In this document: in pieces, positions 25,503-34,643 of the stretch
Layout: every line of letters begins with the position of its first letter
How positions within the stretch are numbered: position 1 is the stretch's first letter
Source of the DNA: an uncultured delta proteobacterium
GTDB taxonomy: Bacteria > Myxococcota_A > UBA9160 > UBA4427
Reading direction: 5' to 3'
Assembly (NCBI GenBank): GCA_963822965.1
Contig: CAWGJT010000001.1
Span: 160,001-224,000, forward strand
Length of the DNA: 64,000 nt
Program-made: the position numbers and the translations under genes
The notes under the pieces: generated by a model
Told to the model about the DNA's origin: nothing
Seen by the model: only the letters and a program-made list of their open reading frames with translations
Database searches by the model: none

Positions 25503-25931
25503 ATGGATTCCGAACGACCTGGACGAGCGGCCGGCGCCGCGGCACGCCCGGACCGTGGCGACGATCGTCGTGCCCTCGGCCGGGAGGGCGAGGAGCGCGC
25601 AGCGCGGTTCCTGGCGCGGCGAGGTTATCGCATCGTCGAACGCAACGTCCGGCTCGGCGGCGTCGAGGTCGACCTGGTGGTGCGGCGCGGACGCCTCGTC
25701 GCCTTCGTCGAGGTGAAGACGCGCCGGAGCGCCGCCTTGGGCCCGCCGGAGGAGGCCGTGGACGCCGCGAAGCAGGCGCGACTGGTCCGGGCCGCATCCG
25801 CCTGGCTGCGCCAGAACCCGGGGGCCGCCGGCCGCATCCGATTCGACGTGGTGTCCTGCCGGGCGCCGGGACGCCGGCAGGAGAGCTGGCGCATCGAGCA
25901 CTGGCCGGGGGCGTTCGACGCGAACCGCTAG
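25503..25931 (+). CDS. yraN: YraN family (UPF0102) predicted nuclease-fold protein
   Basis: LGREGE..A..FL...GY.IV.RN, EVDLV, FVEVKTR, RFDVV. Confidence 0.9.
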   Translation: MDSERPGRAAGAAARPDRGDDRRALGREGEERAARFLARRGYRIVERNVRLGGVEVDLVVRRGRLVAFVEVKTRRSAALGPPEEAVDAAKQARLVRAASAWLRQNPGAAGRIRFDVVSCRAPGRRQESWRIEHWPGAFDANR

Positions 25932-25977
25932 GACCGATCGGAGAAGACCGTCGGCCCGACGAACGGAAGCCGTCTAG

Positions 25978-26144
25978 CTAGGAGCCTGACCCAAGACACC
26001 TCGTGCCGCCCTGACGCCGATGCATCGCCGCTGCCTGCGTTGCGCTGCGTCGCCGTAGGCCGCGCTATGGCTTCCTCGCGCGCCTTGGCATCGGCGCGCC
26101 TCGACCCCGGGACTTCCCACGCGAGTCTTGGGTCAGGCTCCTAG
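25978..26144. mobile_element. MITE-like palindromic element, copy 1 (167 bp)
   Basis: Perfect terminal inverted repeats CTAGGAGCCTGACCCAAGAC ... GTCTTGGGTCAGGCTCCTAG; no ORF; near-identical copy at 28728-28894; right-hand CTAG contains the rplS stop codon. Confidence 0.85.
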
Positions 26145-26614
26145 GCGGTCTGCTCCTCGCTCGCCGCTTCGCCGCTCTCCTCGGACGCCGCTTCCACGGG
26201 CGCCTCCTCGGACGCGCTGTCGCCGGCCTCGAGGGCGGCGAGATCGTCCTCGGACAGCAGCCCCGAGAGATCGCGCACCTTCGAGTGGAGCCTCGCCTTC
26301 TTGCCCGAGAGGTCGCGCAGGTAGTAGAGACGCGAGCGCCGCACGAAGCCGCGGCTCTTGATCTCGACCTTCTCCACCAGCGGCGACTGCACCGGGAAGA
26401 TGCGCTCGACGCCGACGCCGTTCGAGACCTTGCGAACGGTGAACGTCTCGGCGTGACTGCCGCCGCGGCGCCGGATCACCACGCCCTCGAAGACCTGGAT
26501 CCGCTCCTTGTCACCTTCCCGGATCTTCGCGTGAACCCGAATGGTGTCACCGACCCGAAAGGGGGGCAGATCCCGACGCAGGCTCTCCTGCTCCACGAAG
26601 TCCATGCGCCTCAT
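26141..26614 (-). CDS. rplS: 50S ribosomal protein L19 (acidic C-terminal extension)
   Basis: [56 protein letters not shown]. Confidence 0.97.
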   Translation of the reverse strand: MRRMDFVEQESLRRDLPPFRVGDTIRVHAKIREGDKERIQVFEGVVIRRRGGSHAETFTVRKVSNGVGVERIFPVQSPLVEKVEIKSRGFVRRSRLYYLRDLSGKKARLHSKVRDLSGLLSEDDLAALEAGDSASEEAPVEAASEESGEAASEEQTA

Positions 26615-27531
26615 CGTTCTTCTTCTCCGTTGCTCTCGCTGTGTGCTGCGCCGACAGGTCCACCGCGGATGCCTCCTGGCTCGCGGGGATCGCGCGCTGT
26701 TCGTGACTCTTCCGTCTTCGGGTCCGTCTTCGGGTCCGTCTTCGGGGTGTCGTCCGAAGGCGACCGGCCCGATCGCGCCAGCAGATCGGGCCTCCGCTCC
26801 CGGGTGAACTCTCGTGCCTGCTCGGCCCGAAAGCGGTCGATCGCGGCGTGATCTCCCGAGAGGAGCACCTCCGGGACGGTCCGGCCGCGAAAAACCGGCG
26901 GCCGAGTGTACTGCGGTCCTTCCAGAAATCCTCCCCCAAAGGATTCCCGGCGCGCAGATTCAGGATTGCCCAGGACTCCCGGCAGCAGCCGGACGACGCC
27001 CTCCACCAGCCCCATCGCAGGCACCTCGCCCCCGAAGAGCACGTAGTCGCCCAGGGAGACCTCGTCGTCCACGGCCTCGTCGATCACCCGCTGGTCGACC
27101 CCTTCGTAGCGGCCACACACCAGCAGCAGGGCCTCCTCGGCTGCCAACTCCACCAGCAGCTTCTGATCGAGCACCCTCCCCTGGGGGCTCAGGAGCAGCA
27201 CCCGCGCACGGCGCTCGGGGCCCCGGGGCCCCGCGATGGCCTCGATGCCGGTCACCAGGGGCTCGGGCTTCATCACCATCCCGGGCCCGCCGCCATAGGG
27301 CGTGTCGTCCACGGTGCGCCGGCGGTCGCTCGTGAAGTCCCGCAGGTCGTGGGCGGCGAGGGTCACGATCCCCTTCTCCCGCGCAGCCCCCACGAGCGCC
27401 TCCGCGAAGAAGCGCTCCATCAGGTCGGGGAAGATCGTGAGGACGTCGATGCGTTCGAGCACGCGGGGGATCCTACCGCCCGGCTCTCGCGTCACCATCC
27501 GGCGGGGGGTGGGCACGCCGGAGCCGGTCAC
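26611..27531 (-). CDS. trmD: tRNA (guanine37-N1)-methyltransferase
   Basis: [64 protein letters not shown]. Confidence 0.96.
   Translation of the reverse strand: MTGSGVPTPRRMVTREPGGRIPRVLERIDVLTIFPDLMERFFAEALVGAAREKGIVTLAAHDLRDFTSDRRRTVDDTPYGGGPGMVMKPEPLVTGIEAIAGPRGPERRARVLLLSPQGRVLDQKLLVELAAEEALLLVCGRYEGVDQRVIDEAVDDEVSLGDYVLFGGEVPAMGLVEGVVRLLPGVLGNPESARRESFGGGFLEGPQYTRPPVFRGRTVPEVLLSGDHAAIDRFRAEQAREFTRERRPDLLARSGRSPSDDTPKTDPKTDPKTEESRTARDPREPGGIRGGPVGAAHSESNGEEER
26711..26746. repeat. 12-bp tandem repeat x3 (TCCGTCTTCGGG) in the trmD C-terminal extension
   Basis: Read directly; encodes [12 protein letters not shown]. Confidence 0.85.
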
Positions 27532-28052
27532 GGCTCGAGCATGCCGGGCAGGACCTCCACCACGATCCGCCGGGCGGCCACGTCCACCTCGGGCATCAGC
27601 TCCCGGGCGGTCGAGAAGAGCAGCCGCTTGCCCCGGTCGTCCTGGACGACCAGCACGTCGTGGGCGCCGGTCTCCCAGATCTCCCGCACGGTGCCGAGCT
27701 CGTTGCCGTCCCGGTCGTAGACCCGGCAGCCCACGAGCTCGTGCCAGTAGAGCTCACCGGGCTCGAGCGGCGCCAGCTCGGCCGGGTCGGCGAGCACCAG
27801 CCGGCCTCGCAGCGCAGCGGCGGCCTCGCGGTCGGTGACGCCCTCCAACGCGAGCCGCACCTCTCCCGTGCGGCCCAGCCCCGCGGCCACCACCGGGTAG
27901 CGGAGGGCCGCCGGATCGCTGCGCTCGTCGGACAGCCACACCCCGGAGACCCCGAGCAGGTTGTCCGGCCCGTCGCCGAAGAAGTGCACGCGCACATCTC
28001 CCCGAAGGCCGTGTGCTCCGACCACGCGCCCCAGCACCACTCGTTCGGGCAT
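27528..28052 (-). CDS. rimM: Ribosome maturation factor RimM
   Basis: [34 protein letters not shown]; position in the rpsP operon. Confidence 0.95.
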   Translation of the reverse strand: MPERVVLGRVVGAHGLRGDVRVHFFGDGPDNLLGVSGVWLSDERSDPAALRYPVVAAGLGRTGEVRLALEGVTDREAAAALRGRLVLADPAELAPLEPGELYWHELVGCRVYDRDGNELGTVREIWETGAHDVLVVQDDRGKRLLFSTARELMPEVDVAARRIVVEVLPGMLEP

Positions 28053-28065
28053 GGCTGCCCGGATG

Positions 28066-28299
28066 TCAGTCGATGATCTCGAGACGGCTGTCCGCGCCGA
28101 CCGCCGAAGCGGCGACGACGGCGCGCATGGCCTTGGCGACCCGACCCTGCCGGCCGATCACCCGCCCGCGGTCATCGCCGGCCGTCTCGAGCTCGAGGAC
28201 GCCGTCCTCGGTGATGCTGACCTGCACATCCTCAGGCTGGGTGACGATCGCCTTCGCGATGAACTCCACCAGCTCCGCGGCCGGGTCGGAATTCGCCAT
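28066..28299 (-). CDS. khpA: KH-domain RNA-binding protein
   Basis: ELVEFIAKAIV..PEDV, DRGRVIGRQGR (GxxG); lies between rpsP and rimM. Confidence 0.9.
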   Translation of the reverse strand: MANSDPAAELVEFIAKAIVTQPEDVQVSITEDGVLELETAGDDRGRVIGRQGRVAKAMRAVVAASAVGADSRLEIID

Positions 28300-28556
28300 C
28301 AGCCCGCGCTCGCGGCGGCTTCGCGCTTCGCACGCCGGACCAGGGAGGCGACGGTGTCGCTCATCTGTGCGCCCTTGGCGAGCCAGGCGTCGATCGCCTC
28401 GGTCTTGAGATCGAGGGCAGCCGGCTCGACGTTCGGGTCGTAGGTGCCCAGGTACTCGAGCGCGCGGCCGTCGCGCTGGCGGCGCTCGTCGATGGCCTGG
28501 AGGCGGTAGAAGGGCTTCTTCTTGGCGCCGACGCGTGTCAGCCGGATCTTGACCAT
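28299..28556 (-). CDS. rpsP: 30S ribosomal protein S16
   Basis: MVKIRLTRVGAKKKPFYR, RDGRALEYLGTYDP, WLAKGAQMSDTV. Confidence 0.97.
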   Translation of the reverse strand: MVKIRLTRVGAKKKPFYRLQAIDERRQRDGRALEYLGTYDPNVEPAALDLKTEAIDAWLAKGAQMSDTVASLVRRAKREAAASAG

Positions 28557-28644
28557 TCGCAGGTTCTTCCTTTGCAGTCGCATCCAGCGTCGGTCGGAGA
28601 GGGTCTCTCTACTCCGCCTCGCGGGCGACAGGAGGCCGCGGACT

Positions 28645-28731
28645 CTAGCAGGATGCTGAAGAACCCGCTTCCGTCGCGAGGCACGCACCTCTCCGCCGAG
28701 CTCGGTCCGGGGTTCTCCAGCACCCTGCTAG
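28645..28731. mobile_element. Second, shorter MITE-like element (87 bp) with different TIRs
   Basis: CTAGCAGGATGCTGAAGAACCC ... GGGTTCTCCAGCACCCTGCTAG (22-bp IR, 2 mismatches); shares its right CTAG with the next element. Confidence 0.7.
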
Positions 28732-28894
28732 GAGCCTGACCCAAGACACCTCGCGCCGCCCTGACGCCGATGCATCGCCGCTGGCTGCGTTGCGCTGCGT
28801 CGCCGTAGCCCGCGCTACGGCCTCCTCACGCGCCTTGCCAGTGGCGCGCCTCGACGCCAGGGCTTTCCACGGGAGTCTTGGGTCAGGCTCCTAG
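28728..28894. mobile_element. MITE-like palindromic element, copy 2 (167 bp)
   Basis: Same TIRs and internal sequence as 25978-26144, with scattered substitutions. Confidence 0.85.
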
Positions 28895-28927
28895 GAAACG
28901 GCCGATCGGGGGTCAACGGGCCGGCCG

Positions 28928-29149
28928 TCAGCGACCCCGGCGCCCGAGCCCCTGGCGCTCGCGCTCCTTCTTGTCGGAGCAGGCCGGACAGGCGAAGAGC
29001 TCCTTGTGGGGGGTACGAAGGCGCTCGTACTCCCCGTCGAGGGCCACCCGCCGGACCGCCGGGACGATCGCCTGGCAGAAGTCGCAGCGGACCCCCGTCT
29101 CGGCCGGGCTCTCGGAAGGGGGCTTGGCGGGCGGGTGGAGATCGGCCAT
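28928..29149 (-). CDS. Small hypothetical protein, putative Zn ribbon
   Basis: CDFC...CPAC pairs; RBS AGAGGGA; co-oriented with the operon. Confidence 0.6.
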   Translation of the reverse strand: MADLHPPAKPPSESPAETGVRCDFCQAIVPAVRRVALDGEYERLRTPHKELFACPACSDKKERERQGLGRRGR

Positions 29150-29218
29150 GGGTCCCTCTCGCTGGATTCTCGCTGGGTTCGCTCGCTGGATCGACGGTGC
29201 CTTTCGCCGCCGGGACGA

Positions 29219-29536
29219 TCAGGGCCGCCGATTGTAGCCGACGCGGAAGCGGAGATCCGTCGGCGCCGCGGGCCCCAGCGCCTCCCGGAGCAGCGCGAGC
29301 AGCCGCTCCCGATCCATCTGGAGCTGCTGGCACCAGACGCTCGAGTCGACCTCGGCCTCGAGCACCCCGCCGCGCACGGACACCGGCCGGCAGTGCCGCG
29401 CCACCTCGGGCCCCACCACCTCCGGCCACCGCTCCAGGATGCGGAACGCGGCCTGGGCGGCGTCGAGCCCGAGGTCGCCCAGGACCTGGCTCACGACCGT
29501 CCCGATCGCTCGCGGCTTGCTGCGCCGACGCGCCAC
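29219..29536 (-). CDS. DUF721 / DciA-family protein
   Basis: WPEVVGPEVARHCRP...GVLEAEVDSSVWCQQL, DLRFRVG. Confidence 0.8.
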   Translation of the reverse strand: MARRRSKPRAIGTVVSQVLGDLGLDAAQAAFRILERWPEVVGPEVARHCRPVSVRGGVLEAEVDSSVWCQQLQMDRERLLALLREALGPAAPTDLRFRVGYNRRP

Positions 29537-29540
29537 CGCC

Positions 29541-30815
29541 TCAGCTCTCCTCGTGAACGCGGAAGACCATCCCGGTCGGAACCTTCGGCGAGAAGAAGGT
29601 CGACTTCTGGGGCATGCGCTCGCCGGCCCGGGTGACCCGGAAGACGTCGTCCGGCTCGAGGGGATTCAGGTAGAGGGCGACGACGCCGTCGCCGTTCCGC
29701 ACCGACTCGGCGGCCCGGGGCGAGCTCTTCGGAAAGCTCACCGCTCCCTCGCGGATGTCGGTCTCGTCGAGCCCGAACACGCCGCCGAGCACGTCCCGCT
29801 CCAGGATGCGGACCATCAGCTCGTCTCCCAGGGGCGCGTCCCGGAAGAAGACGCGCAGGGTGCCGGAGCCGTCGTCTGCCGCGAACGCCGGGTGCCCGGC
29901 GCGCGGCGCGAGGTGCTTCTCGAGCAGCTCGGGGATGTCGCGGCCGTCCGCGGCGACCTCCGCAGTCTCCTGCTTCCAGCCCGGCAGCCGTGCCGCGTAC
30001 TCCGCCGCGTCCGGTGCGTGTCCGCGCCGGACCACCCGGTGGATCGGCAGCAGCAGGCTGCCGCTCGCGTAGACGTTGGCGAAGTACGCGAGCGTGGAGC
30101 CCGCCGCGCCGGGACCGTCTCCCCGGCCCTGCTGCCGGCACTCGCGCCGGTACTCGAGCGCCGTCTCGTAGCGGTGGTGACCGTCCGCGATGACCACGGG
30201 CCGCTCGGCGAGGAACGACTCGATGGCCCGGACGGGCTCCGGCTCCGTAATCGCCGCCAGGGTGTACTCGACACCCGCATCGTCGACGGCCTCGCCCAGC
30301 ACGTCGTTCTCGAGGGCTCGGGCGAGGACGCCCGTCAGCACGTCCTCGCGGTCCTCGTAGAGCATGAACACGCTCGAGAGGTTCGCGCGCGCCGCCCGCA
30401 GCAGGCGCAGGCGATCCTGCTTGGGCCCGGCCAGGGTGTTCTCGTGAGGCAGCACCACCCGCTCGTCGTACTCGGCGAGCGCGAGCTCGGCGAAGAAGCC
30501 GATGCGCTCCAGGGTGCGTCCGTCCGGTGCCTGGAAGCGCTGGCGCATCACGTAGAACGCGGGCCGCTCGTCCTGCACGAGCACCCCGCCCGCCCGCCAG
30601 GCGTCGAGGTGCTCGCGGATCTCGGCATAGTCGGTGGTCGCCTCGGCGGCCACGTCCCGGGTGAGCTCGAAGCGAATGGCGTTGTGCGGGTCGCGATCGA
30701 AGAACGAGCCCCGCTCGTCCCCGGCGATCACGTCGTAGGGAGGCACGATGACCCGGGACAGATCGACCCGGGCCGGGTCGTAGCGAACGGCTCGAAAGGG
30801 ACGTACGGCGGTCAT
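29541..30815 (-). CDS. DUF1015 domain-containing protein
   Basis: VRPFRAVRY, PPYDVI, PHENTL, DRLRLL, IADGHHRYETAL, MPQKSTFF.PK..TG. Confidence 0.9.
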   Translation of the reverse strand: MTAVRPFRAVRYDPARVDLSRVIVPPYDVIAGDERGSFFDRDPHNAIRFELTRDVAAEATTDYAEIREHLDAWRAGGVLVQDERPAFYVMRQRFQAPDGRTLERIGFFAELALAEYDERVVLPHENTLAGPKQDRLRLLRAARANLSSVFMLYEDREDVLTGVLARALENDVLGEAVDDAGVEYTLAAITEPEPVRAIESFLAERPVVIADGHHRYETALEYRRECRQQGRGDGPGAAGSTLAYFANVYASGSLLLPIHRVVRRGHAPDAAEYAARLPGWKQETAEVAADGRDIPELLEKHLAPRAGHPAFAADDGSGTLRVFFRDAPLGDELMVRILERDVLGGVFGLDETDIREGAVSFPKSSPRAAESVRNGDGVVALYLNPLEPDDVFRVTRAGERMPQKSTFFSPKVPTGMVFRVHEES

Positions 30816-31561
30816 CGGCGGCTCGTCTCCGCGTCGGGGCTGGAAGCGTCTGGGCTGGAAGGAATGGAGCTGGACGAAATGCAGGTGGAAGGAACCGGAT
30901 CATCGGCGACGGCGGAATCGGCCGCACGGGCCAGCACCTCGGCGGCGGGAATCGCGCCCTCGCGCACCAGCGCGACCCGCGCTCCCGAGGCGTCCACCAC
31001 CGTCGAGGGCTCACCGCCGCCGGCCTCACCGCTCGTCACGACGATGGGGATGGACGCGTCGGCGGCCGCGATGCGAAGTGCCGCCGCCCGGCTCCGCGCC
31101 GGCTCGTCACCGCTCCGGTTGAGGCTGGTGGCCGTGACCGGACCGAGGCCCCGGGCGAAGGCACCCGCGGCCAGGGCCTTCGCCACCGGGTGCGGGCTGC
31201 AGCGGACGCCCACCCGGCCGTCGGCACCCGCGATGCCCGGCGCCAGCGCGCGGCGGCACCGCAGCACCAGCGTGAGCGGACCGGGCCAGAACGCCGCCGC
31301 CAGGCGCCGGGCGGCGTCCGACGGCTCGGCGCCGAGATCGTCCAGCCGCTGCGGGACGTCGATCAGGACGGAGACGGGCTTGTCGGCGTCGCGCCCCTTG
31401 AAGCGCCGCAGCCGCGCCACCGCGGCCGGCGACCCGGCCCGGCAGGCGAGCCCCCAGACCGTCTCCGTGGGGAAGGCGACCAGACCGTCCTCGGCCAGGG
31501 CGTCCAGCGCCGCGGCAAGGCCGGCCGGCGCGCGGGGCGGCGACTCAGCGACCGAGGGCAC
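30812..31561 (-). CDS. tsaC: L-threonylcarbamoyladenylate synthase (TsaC/Sua5)
   Basis: VAFPTETVWGL, KGR...KP, FWPGPLTLVL, ATSLNRSG, PSTVVD, REGAIP. Confidence 0.9.
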   Translation of the reverse strand: MPSVAESPPRAPAGLAAALDALAEDGLVAFPTETVWGLACRAGSPAAVARLRRFKGRDADKPVSVLIDVPQRLDDLGAEPSDAARRLAAAFWPGPLTLVLRCRRALAPGIAGADGRVGVRCSPHPVAKALAAGAFARGLGPVTATSLNRSGDEPARSRAAALRIAAADASIPIVVTSGEAGGGEPSTVVDASGARVALVREGAIPAAEVLARAADSAVADDPVPSTCISSSSIPSSPDASSPDAETSRR

Positions 31562-32822
31562 GGCTCGCGATGTCCCGGCGCAGGTGGGCGCCCTCGAAGT
31601 GGATCTTGTCGGCGGCCGCGTAGGCGCTGTCGCGCGCTTCGCGAACGCTCGCCCCGCGAGCCGTCACGCCGAGCACGCGCCCGCCCGCCGTCTCGAAGCC
31701 GCCCCCCGCGGCGCGGCGGGTACCGGCGTGGAAGACCACGACGTTCGGGTCCTCGGCCGCCGCCTCGAGCCCCGTGATCGGCTTGCCGGTCTCGTACGCC
31801 CGCGGATAGCCGCCGGACGCCATCGCGACGCACACCGACGCATCGGCCCAGTCGACGGATGCGCTCGCGTCGAGGGTCCCGCGCGCGGCGCGGTCGAGGA
31901 GCGGCACGAGGTCACCCTGCATCCGCAGCATCAGGCACTGGGTCTCGGGGTCGCCGAAGCGCACGTTGAACTCCACCACCCGCGGAACGCCGGCCTCGAT
32001 CATCAGCCCCACGTAGAGCACCCCCTGGTACGGGCAGCGGTCGGCCTCCATGCCGCGGATCGCGGGATGCACGATCTCCTCGAGCACGCGCTTCTCGACG
32101 GCTTCCGTGAAGACCGGAGCCGGCGAGTACGCCCCCATGCCGCCGGTGTTCTCGCCGCGGTCGCCGTCGAGGGCGCGCTTGTGATCCTGGGCGGCCGCGA
32201 GACCCACCACGTGGCGACCGTCGGTGATCGCGTAGTAGGACGCTTCTTCGCCCTGCATCCACTCCTCGATGACGATGCGGTCCCCGGCGGCGCCGAAGCG
32301 CCGGTCGCGCATCATCTCGCCGATGGCGCGCTCGGCGTCGGAGGGCGTCTCGCACATGGCCACGCCCTTGCCGGCGGCGAGCCCGTCCGCCTTGACCACG
32401 CAGGGGCCGGCGACCTGCCGGACGTGGACCAGGGCGGCGTCGGCCTCGTCGAAGCACGCCCAGGCCGCGGTCGGGATGCCGTGCCGCTGCATGAACTCCT
32501 TCGAGAAGGCCTTGCTGGACTCCAGCCGGGCGGCGGCCTGGCTGGGCCCGAAGACCGCCAGGCCCGCGTTGCGCAGCCGATCGGCGAGGCCTGCGGCGAG
32601 GGGATCCTCCGGACCGACCACCACCAGGTCCACGGCCTCTCGGCGAGCCAGCGCGAGCACCGCGTCCGCGTCGCCCGCCGGCACCTCGGCGAAGCAGCGC
32701 GCCACGTCCGTCATCCCGGCGTTGCCCGGCAGGGCGATCAGGTCGTCCACGAGCGGGCTGCGCGCGATCTTCCACGCCAGGGCGTGCTCCCGTCCTCCCT
32801 GTCCCACCACCGCGACCCGCAT
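31545..32822 (-). CDS. purD: Phosphoribosylamine-glycine ligase
   Basis: GGREHALAW, PGNAG, VVKADGLAAGKGV, QDHKR..DGD.G.NTGGMGAYSP, EFNVRFGDPETQ. Confidence 0.97.
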   Translation of the reverse strand: MRVAVVGQGGREHALAWKIARSPLVDDLIALPGNAGMTDVARCFAEVPAGDADAVLALARREAVDLVVVGPEDPLAAGLADRLRNAGLAVFGPSQAAARLESSKAFSKEFMQRHGIPTAAWACFDEADAALVHVRQVAGPCVVKADGLAAGKGVAMCETPSDAERAIGEMMRDRRFGAAGDRIVIEEWMQGEEASYYAITDGRHVVGLAAAQDHKRALDGDRGENTGGMGAYSPAPVFTEAVEKRVLEEIVHPAIRGMEADRCPYQGVLYVGLMIEAGVPRVVEFNVRFGDPETQCLMLRMQGDLVPLLDRAARGTLDASASVDWADASVCVAMASGGYPRAYETGKPITGLEAAAEDPNVVVFHAGTRRAAGGGFETAGGRVLGVTARGASVREARDSAYAAADKIHFEGAHLRRDIASRALGR

Positions 32823-32843
32823 GCGCGCTCCCCGCGAAACCGA

Positions 32844-34442
32844 TCAGTGACGGAAGTGACGGACGCCCGTGAACACCATCGCCACGCCGAGGCGGTCGGC
32901 AGCCTCGACCACCAGCTCGTCGCGGTTCGAGCCGCCGGGCTGGATGACCGCTCGGGCCCCGGCGGCGACGGCCGTCTCGAGCCCGTCCGGGAACGGGAAG
33001 AAGGCGTCGCTGGCCAGCACCGAGCCGGCCAGGGAGATGCCCGTACGGGCCGCCTTGGCGACCGCCGCGTGCACCGCGTCCACCCGCGACGTGCAGCCGC
33101 CGCCGACCGCGAGCGTCCGGCCGTCCGCAGCGAACACGATGGCGTTGCTCTTCACGTGCTTCACCACGCGCCACGCGAACTCGAGGGCGCGCAGCTGCGC
33201 GGCGTCCGGCCGCACCTTCGTGACGACCTCGGCGGCGCCGAGGTCCTCGAGCGCCGCGTCCGGGTCCTGCAGCAGCACGCCGCCGTAGATGCGCTTCCAC
33301 TCGAGCTGGTGGCGATCGATGCGGGACGCGTCGAAGGCCAGCAGCCGGCGGTTCTTCTTCTTGCGCAGCAGCGCCAGCGCGTCGTCCGAGAAGCCCGGCG
33401 CCACCAGCACCTCGGTGAAGATCTGGTCGACCTCCTGGGCCAGGGCCAGGTCGAAGGGGCGATTGCAGACGATGATGCCGCCGAAGGGCGACTCCGGGTC
33501 CGTCGCGAACGCCCGCTGGTAGGCGACGAGCGGCGCGTCCCCAGCGCCGACCCCGCACGGCGTGTTGTGCTTCAGGATGCCCACCGCGGCGCCGTCCTCG
33601 GGCGGGAAGTCCAGGATCAGGGCCAGGGCGGCCTGCACGTCCACCAGGTTGTTGTACGAGAGCGCCTTGCCGTGCAGCTGCTGGGCGATGTCATCCAGGA
33701 ACGACCCGTACAGCGCCGCCTGCTGGTGCGGGTTCTCGCCGTAGCGCAGCATCTCCCGGCGCTGCAGCCCGGTGAGCAGCACGGCGGGGAAGTGGTCGGC
33801 GGCCGGGGCCGGGCGCTCGTCCGGAGGCGCGGGCTCCACCTGGCGCCCCAGCCACTCCTGGATGGCGGCGTCGTACGCGGCCGTCCGCCGGAAGGCCTCC
33901 AGGGCCAGGCGGCGTCGTGTGGCGGCGGTGAGGCCTCCCTGCTCGCGCAGCTCGGCGAGCACCACCGGGTAGTCGGCGGGAGCCACCACGACACCCACGT
34001 CCGCGTGGTTCTTCGCCGCGGACCGGAGCATGGAGGGCCCGCCGATGTCGATCTTCTCGACGATGTCCTGGTAGGAGGCCCCGGGCGTCGCGACGGTCTC
34101 TTCGAACGGGTAGAGGTTGCACACGACCAGGTCGATGGGGGCGATGGACTGCGCGAGGAGATCCGCGCGATCCTGCTCGAGGCCCCGGCGGGCCAGGATG
34201 CCGCCGTGGATCTTCGGGTGCAGCGTCTTCACCCGGCCCCCGAGCATCTCCGGGCTTCCCGTGAGAGCGTCCACCGCGATGACGGGCAGGCCGGCTTCGG
34301 CGAGCGCCGCCAGCGTGCCGCCCGAGGCGACGAGCTCGATGCCCAGCTCGACCAGGCCGCGCGCGAGCTCGACGAGCCCGGTCTTGTCGTAGACGGATAG
34401 GAGTGCGCGCGCCACCGGGCGCGTGGAATCTTGGGGGGTCAT
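32844..34442 (-). CDS. purH: Bifunctional AICAR transformylase / IMP cyclohydrolase
   Basis: ALLSVYDKTG, GRVKTLHPKIHGGILA, IDIGGPSMLRSAAKN, LRYGENPHQ, KHNTPCG, ASDAFFPF, GVRHFRH; ATG 34442. Confidence 0.97.
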   Translation of the reverse strand: MTPQDSTRPVARALLSVYDKTGLVELARGLVELGIELVASGGTLAALAEAGLPVIAVDALTGSPEMLGGRVKTLHPKIHGGILARRGLEQDRADLLAQSIAPIDLVVCNLYPFEETVATPGASYQDIVEKIDIGGPSMLRSAAKNHADVGVVVAPADYPVVLAELREQGGLTAATRRRLALEAFRRTAAYDAAIQEWLGRQVEPAPPDERPAPAADHFPAVLLTGLQRREMLRYGENPHQQAALYGSFLDDIAQQLHGKALSYNNLVDVQAALALILDFPPEDGAAVGILKHNTPCGVGAGDAPLVAYQRAFATDPESPFGGIIVCNRPFDLALAQEVDQIFTEVLVAPGFSDDALALLRKKKNRRLLAFDASRIDRHQLEWKRIYGGVLLQDPDAALEDLGAAEVVTKVRPDAAQLRALEFAWRVVKHVKSNAIVFAADGRTLAVGGGCTSRVDAVHAAVAKAARTGISLAGSVLASDAFFPFPDGLETAVAAGARAVIQPGGSNRDELVVEAADRLGVAMVFTGVRHFRH

Positions 34443-34568
34443 CGGGCCGGGTCTTCCTCCTGGCCGGGCTGTCGAAGCGCCTGACATTCGTGCGGCCCCC
34501 CTGCCGGGAGGCAGCGGGACCTGCAGGACTCTGCGAGCGGAGCGCATGCTGGGGAGGACGCCAGGAAG

Positions 34569-34597
34569 GGTGTACCGAGGGCCCTCTCCCAAGTCAA
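34569..34597 (-). promoter_or_regulatory. Possible sigma70-type promoter for the purH operon
   Basis: Minus strand TTGACT-17 bp-TACACC, about 125 bp upstream of the purH ATG; the -10 match is weak. Confidence 0.35.
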
Positions 34598-34643
34598 ACG
34601 CGCCTCGCAGCGAGCGTCGCGTGGGCCGGAGGGCCGCGTCGCT

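Noticed and set aside
34443..34568. Possible ZMP/ZTP (pfl) riboswitch in the purH leader
   Set aside because: The leader has GC hairpins, but I could not find the conserved GACUGGCG...GUGG...CGCCUGGG pattern; a cmscan against Rfam would settle it
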